From a bacterium (GTDB lineage: Bacteria; Patescibacteriota; Microgenomatia; Curtissbacterales; GWA2-41-24), in contig JAKALT010000003.1 in the NCBI GenBank assembly GCA_021813125.1, forward strand, positions 7,800 through 71,799: DNA of 64,000 bases, in the 5' to 3' direction. Under the pieces are notes generated by a model. It ran no database searches. It worked only from the letters and a program-made list of their open reading frames with translations, and was not told where the DNA came from. The position numbers and the translations under genes were made by a program. Positions 1-8,677 of the stretch are shown here, piece after piece (within the stretch, counting starts at the first letter, position 1; each line of letters begins with the position of its first letter).

Positions 1-19
1 ATACGTTTGATACATTTTT

Positions 20-1102
20 TTACACTCCCCAGACGCCTGATCCGTAATTTTTGACAAATCCCGAAAGTTCCATCAAAGAAAGTGCCGCCGATACTTTTTC
101 TATCGGCAATCTAGCTTCCTTGGCGATTGCATCAATATGCTTCGTTCCCCCATCCAAAATTGATAAAATCAACGCCTGATCCTTGTCTTTTGGTTTCTGG
201 TTCCTGGTCTCTGGTAACTGGTCTCTTTTCCTACTAATATCCAGCACCTCCAAAATATCCTCCGCGACTGTCGCCACATGCACCCCATCTTTTATCAGGT
301 TATTCGTCCCCTCGCTGGTTTTAGAAGTCACAAGCCCGGGCACTGCAAACACTTCCCTACCTTGCTCTGCCGCATAACCTGCGGTGATTAATGACCCAGA
401 ATCGACAGCCGCTTCTGTTACCAAAACTCCAAGAGACAATCCACTAATGATGCGGTTTCTGGCCGTAAAATTGTTCGGCAAGGCAGGGAACCCAAGCGGA
501 AATTCACTAATCAACGCCCCGTTTTTTACGACATCCTCCGCCAAGTTTCGGTTTTGGGGCGGGTAAATATTATCTAGCCCTGATCCAAGAACGGCTATTG
601 TCCGCCCACCGCTATCAAGTGCCATTCTATGAGCTACTGAATCTATCCCCCGCGCCAAACCGCTGATTATAGTCAGTCCATTCTTCGAAAGATCAAACAC
701 CAATTTCTCCGTTATCTGTCTTCCGTAAATCGTCGCATTACGGGAACCAACAACAGCTACAGCCAAATCATCGGCAGGAAGCAAATTTCCCCGGAAATAC
801 AAAACCGCGGGGCAGGCTTCCAGTTGACGCAAATTCGCAGGATAATCACGGTCAATCTTGGCGACTACTTTAATCCCCATCGCGTAAACTTTTTCAAGAT
901 AAATCTTCGGATCTACTTTATTTCGAAAATCGACTATCGATGCCTTAGTCTTTGCGTCAATCTTTAGCGAATTAATTTCTCCATCCGACGCGTCCCAAAA
1001 ATTCTTGAGCGATTTAAACTTTTTAAAAATATAAGAAAATGTCTGCGACCCGACCCCACCAATCGCACTCGTCGCCACCCAATAGGCCAATTCTCTGTTC
1101 AT
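20..1102 (-). CDS. dprA: DNA processing protein DprA (Smf)
   Basis: 360 aa protein with Rossmann-like DprA core (LVTEAAVDSGSLITAGYAAEQGREVFAVPG), an N-terminal SAM-like region and a C-terminal winged-helix tail. It carries an in-frame CCAG-heptad repeat (DQLPETRNQKP) in the linker before the C-terminal domain. Confidence 0.8.
   Translation of the reverse strand: MNRELAYWVATSAIGGVGSQTFSYIFKKFKSLKNFWDASDGEINSLKIDAKTKASIVDFRNKVDPKIYLEKVYAMGIKVVAKIDRDYPANLRQLEACPAVLYFRGNLLPADDLAVAVVGSRNATIYGRQITEKLVFDLSKNGLTIISGLARGIDSVAHRMALDSGGRTIAVLGSGLDNIYPPQNRNLAEDVVKNGALISEFPLGFPALPNNFTARNRIISGLSLGVLVTEAAVDSGSLITAGYAAEQGREVFAVPGLVTSKTSEGTNNLIKDGVHVATVAEDILEVLDISRKRDQLPETRNQKPKDKDQALILSILDGGTKHIDAIAKEARLPIEKVSAALSLMELSGFVKNYGSGVWGV
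194..225. repeat. CCAG-heptad repeat copy (CTGG orientation on the + strand), in-frame in dprA
   Basis: TTTCTGG TTCCTGG TCTCTGG TAACTGG. Its reverse complement contains GACCAGTTACCAGAGACCAG. Confidence 0.6.
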
Positions 1103-1111
1103 AAATAGATT

Positions 1112-1447
1112 TTAAAAGGGGAACCTCAAAATGCCAAGAGAATAAAGGACGATAATCAGTCCCACAACAAAAATACCTAGCGTGACCTTCCCAGCAATAT
1201 TAGCTATCTTACCTTTTAAAAGCTTAAATATAATAAAAAATATTAAGAAAGCAATTGGCAGGAAAATTACAAAAGCCCTAACAAAGGGGCCAAGCCCTGT
1301 AGTCATACCGCTACACTCGCCGGAATAATCACCAGACGCTATTCGCCCGAATGCACTTTCACAATACCATTCTGAATAATAAAAGGCAGCAAAAACTGAA
1401 ACTATGAAGCTTAAGGCCAGGCTTTTTAAAAAGACCACTCTAAACAC
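1112..1447 (-). CDS. hypothetical small membrane protein
   Basis: 111 aa ORF with two or three hydrophobic segments. No recognisable motif. Confidence 0.4.
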   Translation of the reverse strand: MFRVVFLKSLALSFIVSVFAAFYYSEWYCESAFGRIASGDYSGECSGMTTGLGPFVRAFVIFLPIAFLIFFIIFKLLKGKIANIAGKVTLGIFVVGLIIVLYSLGILRFPF

Positions 1448-1472
1448 ATTAGAGTACTATATTGAATCTTTG

Positions 1473-1970
1473 TCAAACACCCTGCTCTTGTTCGCGTTGT
1501 TTTTTTAAATCTATTGCGGTTTGCATAATTTCCCCCAACTGCTTCGCTGCTTGGAGCCTTAGCCTCAAGGCAGTTAAAGGAGATTTAATAGGCGTAAATT
1601 TCTTACTAAATTGATTATATTCAAGCTTGGTTCTCACATCACCCGATCTCGTCCTACGTGTTTTATAAATTCCCCTTCTTTCTGCAGTAACTATCGCGAA
1701 AGTTCCGTCTTCTGCGGGAATAAGCAAAGCGTGGCCATTGCCTGGCAATGAACCCAAATCTAGGGCATTCACGAGCGTAACATCTGCTTTTCTGGAACCT
1801 AATTGACCGGGACTCACAAACTGCTCTCTTGGGAAACATCCTAATTGATTAGCCTCTGCTATCATTTCCTCAAGCAACCTGTCAGTTTTTTCTACTTGTT
1901 GAGAAACACTGAACAAAATCCCCTTTTTGCGTACCTCGAACTGTTTTAATCTCTGTTCCGCTCGCTCCAT
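1473..1970 (-). CDS. hypothetical protein
   Basis: 165 aa ORF co-directional with its neighbours and reasonable in length. No family recognised. Confidence 0.4.
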   Translation of the reverse strand: MERAEQRLKQFEVRKKGILFSVSQQVEKTDRLLEEMIAEANQLGCFPREQFVSPGQLGSRKADVTLVNALDLGSLPGNGHALLIPAEDGTFAIVTAERRGIYKTRRTRSGDVRTKLEYNQFSKKFTPIKSPLTALRLRLQAAKQLGEIMQTAIDLKKQREQEQGV

Positions 1971-1972
1971 AA

Positions 1973-2338
1973 TTATATTTTTGGAATTGGGCCGGGGGCT
2001 ACACCAGAAACTTCAAGTTTTGATAGGTCATCATAGGCAGATTTTGCAAAAGAAAGCATCATCGTCCAAGCCTCCCCTTCACCTTTTTCCCTTACAGCAC
2101 TACCTATAACACCTAAAAACGATGCTCTTTTGATATCCTCACCCTCAAAACCTTCGTCTAAAAATGCCCTCTCTTGAACAGCAATCATTCGGTTTAAACC
2201 ATCGGAGCCGAATGGCTCTAAACCCAATGTAGTTAAGACAGAATCGATTCGTTTTGTATATGCAGTTCTGTACCAATCATAAGCCTTCTCACCCTCATTC
2301 GGTAAGTTAACTGCTGTCGCATCATTCGCTTCAATCAT
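1973..2338 (-). CDS. hypothetical protein
   Basis: 121 aa ORF packed tightly between its neighbours. No motif recognised. Confidence 0.35.
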   Translation of the reverse strand: MIEANDATAVNLPNEGEKAYDWYRTAYTKRIDSVLTTLGLEPFGSDGLNRMIAVQERAFLDEGFEGEDIKRASFLGVIGSAVREKGEGEAWTMMLSFAKSAYDDLSKLEVSGVAPGPIPKI

Positions 2339-2361
2339 AAGTGGGATTTATACAACAAAGC

Positions 2362-2922
2362 TCAAACTTTTTCAAACATATCCGCTTCGAGTTTTGCCCG
2401 GCCCGCAATAAACTTGGCGGCAAGCTTTGCCTGCTCGCGGCGAAATGCTAGAGATGTCATAAGAGCGTTTTTGTTAAGTTCTAAAACCAGCTTTTCTAGG
2501 CTTTGGGCGTCAAATGCCAAGGCAACACTTTTATAATTTTTAATTGCCGCGCGAATTAAAGCCTGCCCGCCGATATCCATAGATTCCGGAAAAGTTTCGG
2601 CATTCGGCGCGTACAAATCGACAACAACAAGGTCAAACGGTTCCAGGTTTTCGCTTTTTAGTTGGGCTACATGGTCCGAGCTTTCCCTGTCTGCCAAGAT
2701 TCTCACAAAATTCGCCCTGTCCAAACTTTTTACGCGACCACCGTAATCAAACCCATGGATAACAGACTGGGCATTAAACCCTTTGGCTTTGACATAATCC
2801 ACAGTTCCCCCCGTTCCCCAAAACTTTGTCCTTTGCATGTCCAAAACACCCAAAAGGCCGTCCAAAACGCTCTTTTCAAATACTGCCGCAAATACGTTAT
2901 TTACTTCGATTAAGTCACTCAT
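2362..2922 (-). CDS. purH: IMP cyclohydrolase domain protein (MGS-like N-terminal domain of PurH) encoded as a separate ORF
   Basis: Motifs WGTGGTVDY, GRVKSL, DLVVVDLYAP and MDIGGQALIRAAIKNYKSVA align with the MGS-like IMPCH domain of PurH (STGGTA, GRVKTLHP, DMVVVNLYPF, IDIGGPTMVRSAAKNH). Confidence 0.7.
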   Translation of the reverse strand: MSDLIEVNNVFAAVFEKSVLDGLLGVLDMQRTKFWGTGGTVDYVKAKGFNAQSVIHGFDYGGRVKSLDRANFVRILADRESSDHVAQLKSENLEPFDLVVVDLYAPNAETFPESMDIGGQALIRAAIKNYKSVALAFDAQSLEKLVLELNKNALMTSLAFRREQAKLAAKFIAGRAKLEADMFEKV

Positions 2923-2967
2923 TACTACCTTTGAAACCTTTGATACTTTTGATACATCTGATACATT

Positions 2968-3936
2968 CTAGTGTTTAAAATGCCTCACCCCTGTAAACAC
3001 CATCGTTATACCATGTTTTTTGGAAGCGGCAATTACCGCTTCGTCGTTAATGGACCCTCCCGGCTGGATTATTGCCGAAATTCCGGCTCTTGCGGCCAGT
3101 TCCACATTGTCCGGGAACGGGAAAAACGCATCGCTTGCCATAACGGCACCTGCCGTTTTTTCTTTAGTAACCGACCAGTTCCTGTCTTCCGGCTTTTTCC
3201 CCTGCGCCTGATGCAAAGCAAGCATGGTGGAATTGACACGGTTTGGTTGTCCTGTCCCCATTCCCAGCATATTTTCGCCGCGGGCTAAAACTATCGCGTT
3301 GCTTTTGACATGTTTTACCACCCTCCAGGCAAATTCCAAATCTGCTGTCATTTTGGCATCGGGCGCTTTCCCGCAAACTACATTCCACGCTTTTGGCGAC
3401 TCGTCAATTTCGTCTGCCGTCTGCACCAAATATCCGCCGAAAGCCCGTGTGAATTCCAAAAGCTTTGCCGGTCTTTCTGCTTTGACGACGCGCATTTTGG
3501 CACTTCGCTTTTTCAATCTTTCCAAAATCGGTTCGGAAAATTTGGGCGCAACCATTAGTTCGAAAAATTTACCGCGCATTGCCTCAATCATGTCTAAAGT
3601 CGGCTCGCGGTTTACGGCAACTATTCCCCCGAAAGCACTGACGGAATCGGAAGCATAAGCCAAATTGAAAGCTTCCGTTAAATTTTCCCGCGAAGCAATT
3701 CCGCTGGGATTTGCGTGTTTTATGACAGCAACAGTCGGCCGTTCAAATTCCAAAACCAGCTTCCAAGCCTGGTTGGCATCCCCAATGTTGTTGTGCGAAA
3801 GCTCGATTCCCCAAAGCTGCTCAAAACCGGGTTTGCTGTCTTCAATATAGAACGCGCTACTTTGATGGGGATTTTCCCCATAACGCATATCTTTAAATTT
3901 CTTAAGGTTGATTTTAAGGTCCTTTGGCAAATCCAC
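2968..3936 (-). CDS. purH: AICAR transformylase domain protein (C-terminal domain of PurH) encoded as a separate ORF, with a GTG start
   Basis: Carries the MRYGENPHQ motif and ends with TGVRHFKH, the canonical PurH C-terminus. It lies 45 nt upstream of the IMPCH-domain ORF on the same strand, and the start codon read from the sequence is GTG. Confidence 0.75.
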   Translation of the reverse strand: MDLPKDLKINLKKFKDMRYGENPHQSSAFYIEDSKPGFEQLWGIELSHNNIGDANQAWKLVLEFERPTVAVIKHANPSGIASRENLTEAFNLAYASDSVSAFGGIVAVNREPTLDMIEAMRGKFFELMVAPKFSEPILERLKKRSAKMRVVKAERPAKLLEFTRAFGGYLVQTADEIDESPKAWNVVCGKAPDAKMTADLEFAWRVVKHVKSNAIVLARGENMLGMGTGQPNRVNSTMLALHQAQGKKPEDRNWSVTKEKTAGAVMASDAFFPFPDNVELAARAGISAIIQPGGSINDEAVIAASKKHGITMVFTGVRHFKH

Positions 3937-3942
3937 TGTTTT

Positions 3943-3976
3943 TTAATTGTTAATAGTTAATCGTTAATAGTTAGTA
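3943..3976. promoter_or_regulatory. tandem heptamer repeat (GTTAATN)x3-4 immediately upstream of the purH (AICARFT) GTG start
   Basis: TTAATT GTTAATA GTTAATC GTTAATA GTTAGT begins 7 nt from the start codon (minus-strand gene). Confidence 0.3.
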
Positions 3977-4022
3977 AAAATTCATTTCCACCAACAATAA
4001 ACCATAAACTATGAACAATGAA

Positions 4023-5771
4023 CTACTTCCTATTCTTAACCCACCAGTCCAAAATTTCCCTGGCAACGGGCCCGGCAACTACCGAACCTTCGCCGCCGTT
4101 TTCAACAACAACAGTAATCGTAACGGCAGGTTTATCAAACGGCGCATAAGCCGTAAACCATGCATGCGGATCGCCCAAAGTTTTCTCGGCCGTTCCTGTT
4201 TTGCATCCTACATTATACTGTGCGTTAAAAAAAGGCGCGCCTGTTCCACCGGTTTGGCAGGCTTGCTCCATACCAGATCGTACTACATCCAGAAACTTTG
4301 AATCAACTAAATTCTCCGCTTTAACATTCCCTTTAAAGTTAATTTCGGCACCACCCGTACCCGGATCTATCTTCGAAACAACATAAGGCTTAGTCAGTTT
4401 TCCGCTGGCAACATAGGAAGTCATCTGGTTAATTTGAATTGGTGTTGCCAGCAAAAATCCCTGGCCGATCCCAAGATGCATCGTGTCCCCGACATACCAA
4501 TCTTCGGAAAGTGTTGACCTCTTCCACACCCCGTCCGGAACCAATCCAAACGCTTCTCCAGGTAAATCGATTCCGGTAACCTGTCCAAACCCTAACTTTA
4601 CCAGCATTTTATGAAGGTCCTCTATCCCAATCATTTGGGCCGCCTTAAAGAAAAAAATGTCATTGGACCTGGCAATAGCCCGGTCAATTTTGATGATTCC
4701 GTCTGTCTTGCCGTACTGGTTGAAGTACCAATTGGAAAAAGTAGTCCCCGAAAGTTCAAACTTGCCGACATCTTCTATTTCGGTATCCGGAGTAATTTTC
4801 CCCGTAGAGAGTCCGGCCAACGCAACCGCCAGTTTAAAAACCGAACCGGGCGGGTAAACTCCCTGGATCGCCCTGTCAAAAAAAGGCTGATTCACGTCTC
4901 CTACGGATTTTCCAATATCAAATGGGTCAAAAGACGGTGCAGACGCTAAAGCCAAAATCTCACCTGTTTGCGGGTTTTGGACAATAACAGCTCCCTTTTT
5001 TGTTCCAATTTTCTCGGTTTGTTTTTTTAAAGCGTCAAAGGCAATCTTCTGTAAATTGGAATCTAACGTAATATGAATGTCGCGTCCGGTTACAGCCTGC
5101 GCATCACCCAAAATGGAAATTTTATTGCCAGTTGCGTCAATTTCGACTAACTTTTCACCCGGCTTGCCCTGCAAAAAACTGTCATAAGCCTGCTCAACAC
5201 CAAGCCGGCCTACGGAATTTATCTTGGAAAGGTTTGGGTTGTTTTCAAAATCCGAACTGTTGGCAACACTGGTATAACCCAAAATATGGGCGGTAACATC
5301 ACCCAATGTGTAAACGCGCTTAACACCTTGTTTTATCTGTCCCAGCTCTCCCTTAAAATTTTCTCCCGCAAGTCCCTGTTTTTCCAAATCTTGGGCTTGT
5401 TGGTTTGTAATCGGTGTATTGTGACCGTCTTTTGTTAAAAGATAAGAAGTCTGCGACTGGGCTAAAATTCCGCCATTCCTGTCAAATATCCTTCCTCTTG
5501 GAGCTTCAGTTTGCACCAGGTGCACCCTGTTTCCTTCCGAAAGCTCCTTATTTTCCGCCCCGTGGACTATGGAAAGAGAAAACAGTCTGCCGACAAATAC
5601 AAAAAGTATTAAAACCACAAGAATATAAAAAGGGTAAAAGACGGAGATAGGAAAGCTTCCTCCGTCACGATACAAAACCGAAGGGTCTGCGTCGCGAAAC
5701 TTCCAGCGGCGTTTGCGCTCGGAGCTTATGGAATATTCCATTCCCAGTAACCTTGGCTTTGGCTTCTTCAC
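4023..5771 (-). CDS. mrdA: penicillin-binding protein 2-like peptidoglycan transpeptidase
   Basis: 582 aa with an N-terminal TM anchor and the transpeptidase motifs SVFK (PPGSVFKLAVA) and KTGTAE. It lies directly downstream of mreB, which suggests mrdA rather than ftsI. Confidence 0.7.
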   Translation of the reverse strand: MKKPKPRLLGMEYSISSERKRRWKFRDADPSVLYRDGGSFPISVFYPFYILVVLILFVFVGRLFSLSIVHGAENKELSEGNRVHLVQTEAPRGRIFDRNGGILAQSQTSYLLTKDGHNTPITNQQAQDLEKQGLAGENFKGELGQIKQGVKRVYTLGDVTAHILGYTSVANSSDFENNPNLSKINSVGRLGVEQAYDSFLQGKPGEKLVEIDATGNKISILGDAQAVTGRDIHITLDSNLQKIAFDALKKQTEKIGTKKGAVIVQNPQTGEILALASAPSFDPFDIGKSVGDVNQPFFDRAIQGVYPPGSVFKLAVALAGLSTGKITPDTEIEDVGKFELSGTTFSNWYFNQYGKTDGIIKIDRAIARSNDIFFFKAAQMIGIEDLHKMLVKLGFGQVTGIDLPGEAFGLVPDGVWKRSTLSEDWYVGDTMHLGIGQGFLLATPIQINQMTSYVASGKLTKPYVVSKIDPGTGGAEINFKGNVKAENLVDSKFLDVVRSGMEQACQTGGTGAPFFNAQYNVGCKTGTAEKTLGDPHAWFTAYAPFDKPAVTITVVVENGGEGSVVAGPVAREILDWWVKNRK

Positions 5772-5837
5772 GCAGTTAGTTTTTGTTTACACTGAGCATT
5801 TTAATGCGAACGTGTTTACCCTGAGCAATAATTCATA

Positions 5838-6890
5838 TTATTGTGAATGGGCGATTTTTACCTTCTCAAGGAGTTCTTGATTTTCTAAAAGCTTCGCGCA
5901 GCCTAAAACCACACAAGTTAGCGGCTCATTGGCAACAACAACAGGCATTTTGGTTTCCGAAGAAATAAACTTTGGCAAACCCCAAAGTAGTGCGCCGCCG
6001 CCGCAAAGCACTATCCCGCGTTCCGAAATGTCGGCAGCAAGCTCCGGTGGCGCATCCTCAATTGTGTCACGGATTGCATCCACAATTGTATTTATAGTCG
6101 GAGACAATGCTTCTCTGATTTGCGTTGATGTTAACTTGACGGATTTTGGAAGACCCTTTTCCAAATCGCGACCCCGAACAACCATCTGCTTTTCAACCGG
6201 CATTGGGAAAGCACTTCCTAAAAGCATCTTCACTTCCTCTGCGGTTTTTTCCCCAAGGGCCAGCCCGAAACGGAACCTGACGTAATTTATGATATCCCGC
6301 TCCATAGTATCGCCTGCCATTTTCAGCGATTTACCGGTAACCACTCCGCCCAAAGATATAACTGCCATGTCACTCGTGCCACCGCCTATATCTACAATCA
6401 TCGAACCTATAGGCTCCCAAACAGCCAACCCTGCCCCAACGGCAGCCGCCATTGGTTCCTCAACTAGATAAGCCTCCCTTGCACCGGATGCCCTGGCAAC
6501 ATCCAAAAGCGCCCGCTTTTCCACTTCCGTTACTTGCGAAGGCACACCTAAAATTATTCGCGGCCTGGGAATGGAAACTTTTTTATTTGGGGTGGAGTGG
6601 ATTTTTTTAACGAAATAAGAAAGCATTGCCAAAGTCGTGTCGTAGTCCGAAATAACCCCGTCCTTCATCGGCCTCACGGTCACAAGATTTGCAGGCGTCC
6701 TACCTATCATTTTTCTGGCCTCCGCGCCGATTGCAATAACATTTTTTGTCTTTTTATGAAGAGCCACAATCGAAGGCTCGCGGACGACTACACCTTTACC
6801 GGAAACATAAATTAGTGTGTTTGCAGTACCCAAATCTACACCCAAATCCGAAGAAAAATAGCCAAGGATATTATCAATAACCGGAATCAT
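5838..6890 (-). CDS. mreB: rod shape-determining protein MreB
   Basis: 350 aa actin-like ATPase with typical MreB N-terminus (DLGIDLGTANTLIYV) and phosphate-binding loops (DIGGGTSD). Confidence 0.85.
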   Translation of the reverse strand: MIPVIDNILGYFSSDLGVDLGTANTLIYVSGKGVVVREPSIVALHKKTKNVIAIGAEARKMIGRTPANLVTVRPMKDGVISDYDTTLAMLSYFVKKIHSTPNKKVSIPRPRIILGVPSQVTEVEKRALLDVARASGAREAYLVEEPMAAAVGAGLAVWEPIGSMIVDIGGGTSDMAVISLGGVVTGKSLKMAGDTMERDIINYVRFRFGLALGEKTAEEVKMLLGSAFPMPVEKQMVVRGRDLEKGLPKSVKLTSTQIREALSPTINTIVDAIRDTIEDAPPELAADISERGIVLCGGGALLWGLPKFISSETKMPVVVANEPLTCVVLGCAKLLENQELLEKVKIAHSQ

Positions 6891-6948
6891 AGAAGCGCCA
6901 CAAAGTATAACGCATCAGGCAGCGCTTTAGAAGTCTTTGATCAACTAA

Positions 6949-7947
6949 TTAATTTATGAATGTGAACGTAGATAAAACCCGTTTTATCTTATTCCAGTCA
7001 TCAGTTTTTTGATCCCCTTTGAAAAATACCTCAAAAACATTCTCCTTCTCCTCGCCTTTCGTAATAAAACCAACTCCCAACGATGGGATATTATTCTCTT
7101 GAAAAACGGTCAAGCCAATGTGCCTATTCCCAATTTGTTTTTCAAAAGTCTCATATTTAGATCCTCCGCCATCGATACCTCCATCGCAATCCATTGGTTT
7201 GATTCTAAAAACTGAACCGCCGCTAGAAACTAATGTTAATTGATTTGCCCTGATATCGCTGCACTTATCCAACGACAGAGACCAATTTTGGGGGTATTGA
7301 AAAGTAAAGTTGAAACTGTTGTTTGTATACGTTTTCCACCCCGCCGTTTCGTCGGAGATAAATTTGAAGGTGGAAAGGATTTGGTCTACAGTTTCTTGAA
7401 AACTTGCTTCGGTGTAGTAACTCTCACCGTTAAAACCGATTAATACTAATGTTTTCCCCTGGTTGTTTTCTACAAAAACCAGGATGGCTTCTTTTTTATT
7501 TGCATTTATTATCAACTGTTCAATTGCTCTTCTTCCCGAAACTGTTATCGATTTTGAATATTTCAGAGAATCACTGGCCGAAACATGATTTCTTGCTTCT
7601 CCTTCGATTGAAGTGTCAGTAATTGCGCAGAGCCCAAAACCGGTTTTCGAGGAGTCCTTTGGTCCAACATAGAATCCACAGCCAAGTTCTTCCCAGCTTC
7701 CCTTTGCTTCCCAGTTTGTTGGGTACTTAAATGAAAGTTTATAATAAGATTCTTCAATGAAGGTTTTCCAGTTTGAAGTTTCGTCAACTGAGGCCAAAGG
7801 CGAACTTTGCACCTCTGTTTTTTGATCAACAACTGGAGGTTTCTTGAGGTATTTCTGATAGCCGAACAATGCAACCGCGCCAACTGCAAGTGCAATTACA
7901 ACAACTACTAAAATCGGTACGAAGCCCCGGACAGGTTTCACTAACAT
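6949..7947 (-). CDS. array paralog, two-domain member (ANWKTY...ILSTFKF domain x2), subtype MKPxRGF
   Basis: N-terminal LVKPVRGF plus a hydrophobic anchor. It has two copies of the NWKT(F/Y)...KYPxNW motif and an internal ILSTFKFISDE junction, and ends VLSTFTFIN. Confidence 0.7.
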   Translation of the reverse strand: MLVKPVRGFVPILVVVVIALAVGAVALFGYQKYLKKPPVVDQKTEVQSSPLASVDETSNWKTFIEESYYKLSFKYPTNWEAKGSWEELGCGFYVGPKDSSKTGFGLCAITDTSIEGEARNHVSASDSLKYSKSITVSGRRAIEQLIINANKKEAILVFVENNQGKTLVLIGFNGESYYTEASFQETVDQILSTFKFISDETAGWKTYTNNSFNFTFQYPQNWSLSLDKCSDIRANQLTLVSSGGSVFRIKPMDCDGGIDGGGSKYETFEKQIGNRHIGLTVFQENNIPSLGVGFITKGEEKENVFEVFFKGDQKTDDWNKIKRVLSTFTFIN

Positions 7948-8034
7948 AATCGTAAATCTAAAACATTAGATTGTAAATGCTTTTTAAGGACAGTCCTTCA
8001 ATACTAAGGGCTGTCCTTGTCCTAAAAACTTTAA

Positions 8035-8646
8035 TTAATTTGTGAATTTAAAAGTCGAGAGGATTTGGTCTAATAAGGGTTTCTTCATATTTTCCGTGAT
8101 AATGAGTAAGTATCCCTCATTTGGTATCACAATAACGCGATAAGCTGGATTGTAACCACCATTTCCGCCGAGAGCCTCAACTGCTTTTTTACCATTAAAT
8201 ACTGTATCCTGTATTTTAATATTAGGTTTAGGATATGTACCGAAACTCTGGAGGTAATTATTGATCCATTGTTTTGGTGTTACATCGGTAGTCTCAGCAT
8301 ATATCTGTAATGTTATTGGTTCAGCGCTGATCACATTATCTGCATTATCCTGAATTATTAAGTGATCGGTTTCTTGATTAACAGGAATCCTCGGATTCTC
8401 CGCCTTTCGATCTAAATAATAAGGGGTGTGATTCTCAGGAAAATTTATCTCATACCCAAGTTTCGTATTTGTATACGTTTTCCAATTTGCGGTCGGATTT
8501 TGCTTAGTCGGAATTTCGGGCAACGTATCACCAATTATTTGTTTGCTGTGTATATATTTTTGGAGTAAGTAGATCGACAAAACACCAAGAATAAATCCAA
8601 TTACGGCAACGACAATAATCTGTATAAAACCACGGCGGGCAGACAT
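8035..8646 (-). CDS. array paralog, single-domain member, subtype MSARRGF
   Basis: MSARRGFIQIIVV anchor, TANWKTYTNTKLGYEINFP motif and C-terminal ILSTFKFTN. Confidence 0.7.
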   Translation of the reverse strand: MSARRGFIQIIVVAVIGFILGVLSIYLLQKYIHSKQIIGDTLPEIPTKQNPTANWKTYTNTKLGYEINFPENHTPYYLDRKAENPRIPVNQETDHLIIQDNADNVISAEPITLQIYAETTDVTPKQWINNYLQSFGTYPKPNIKIQDTVFNGKKAVEALGGNGGYNPAYRVIVIPNEGYLLIITENMKKPLLDQILSTFKFTN

Positions 8647-8677
8647 GATTCTAGTATTTCACTTCCATAACGAAGAG

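Noticed and set aside
2971-3960. Multiple + strand ORFs (61-144 aa) opposite purH
   Set aside because: They are antisense to a well-supported AICARFT coding sequence and have no motifs.
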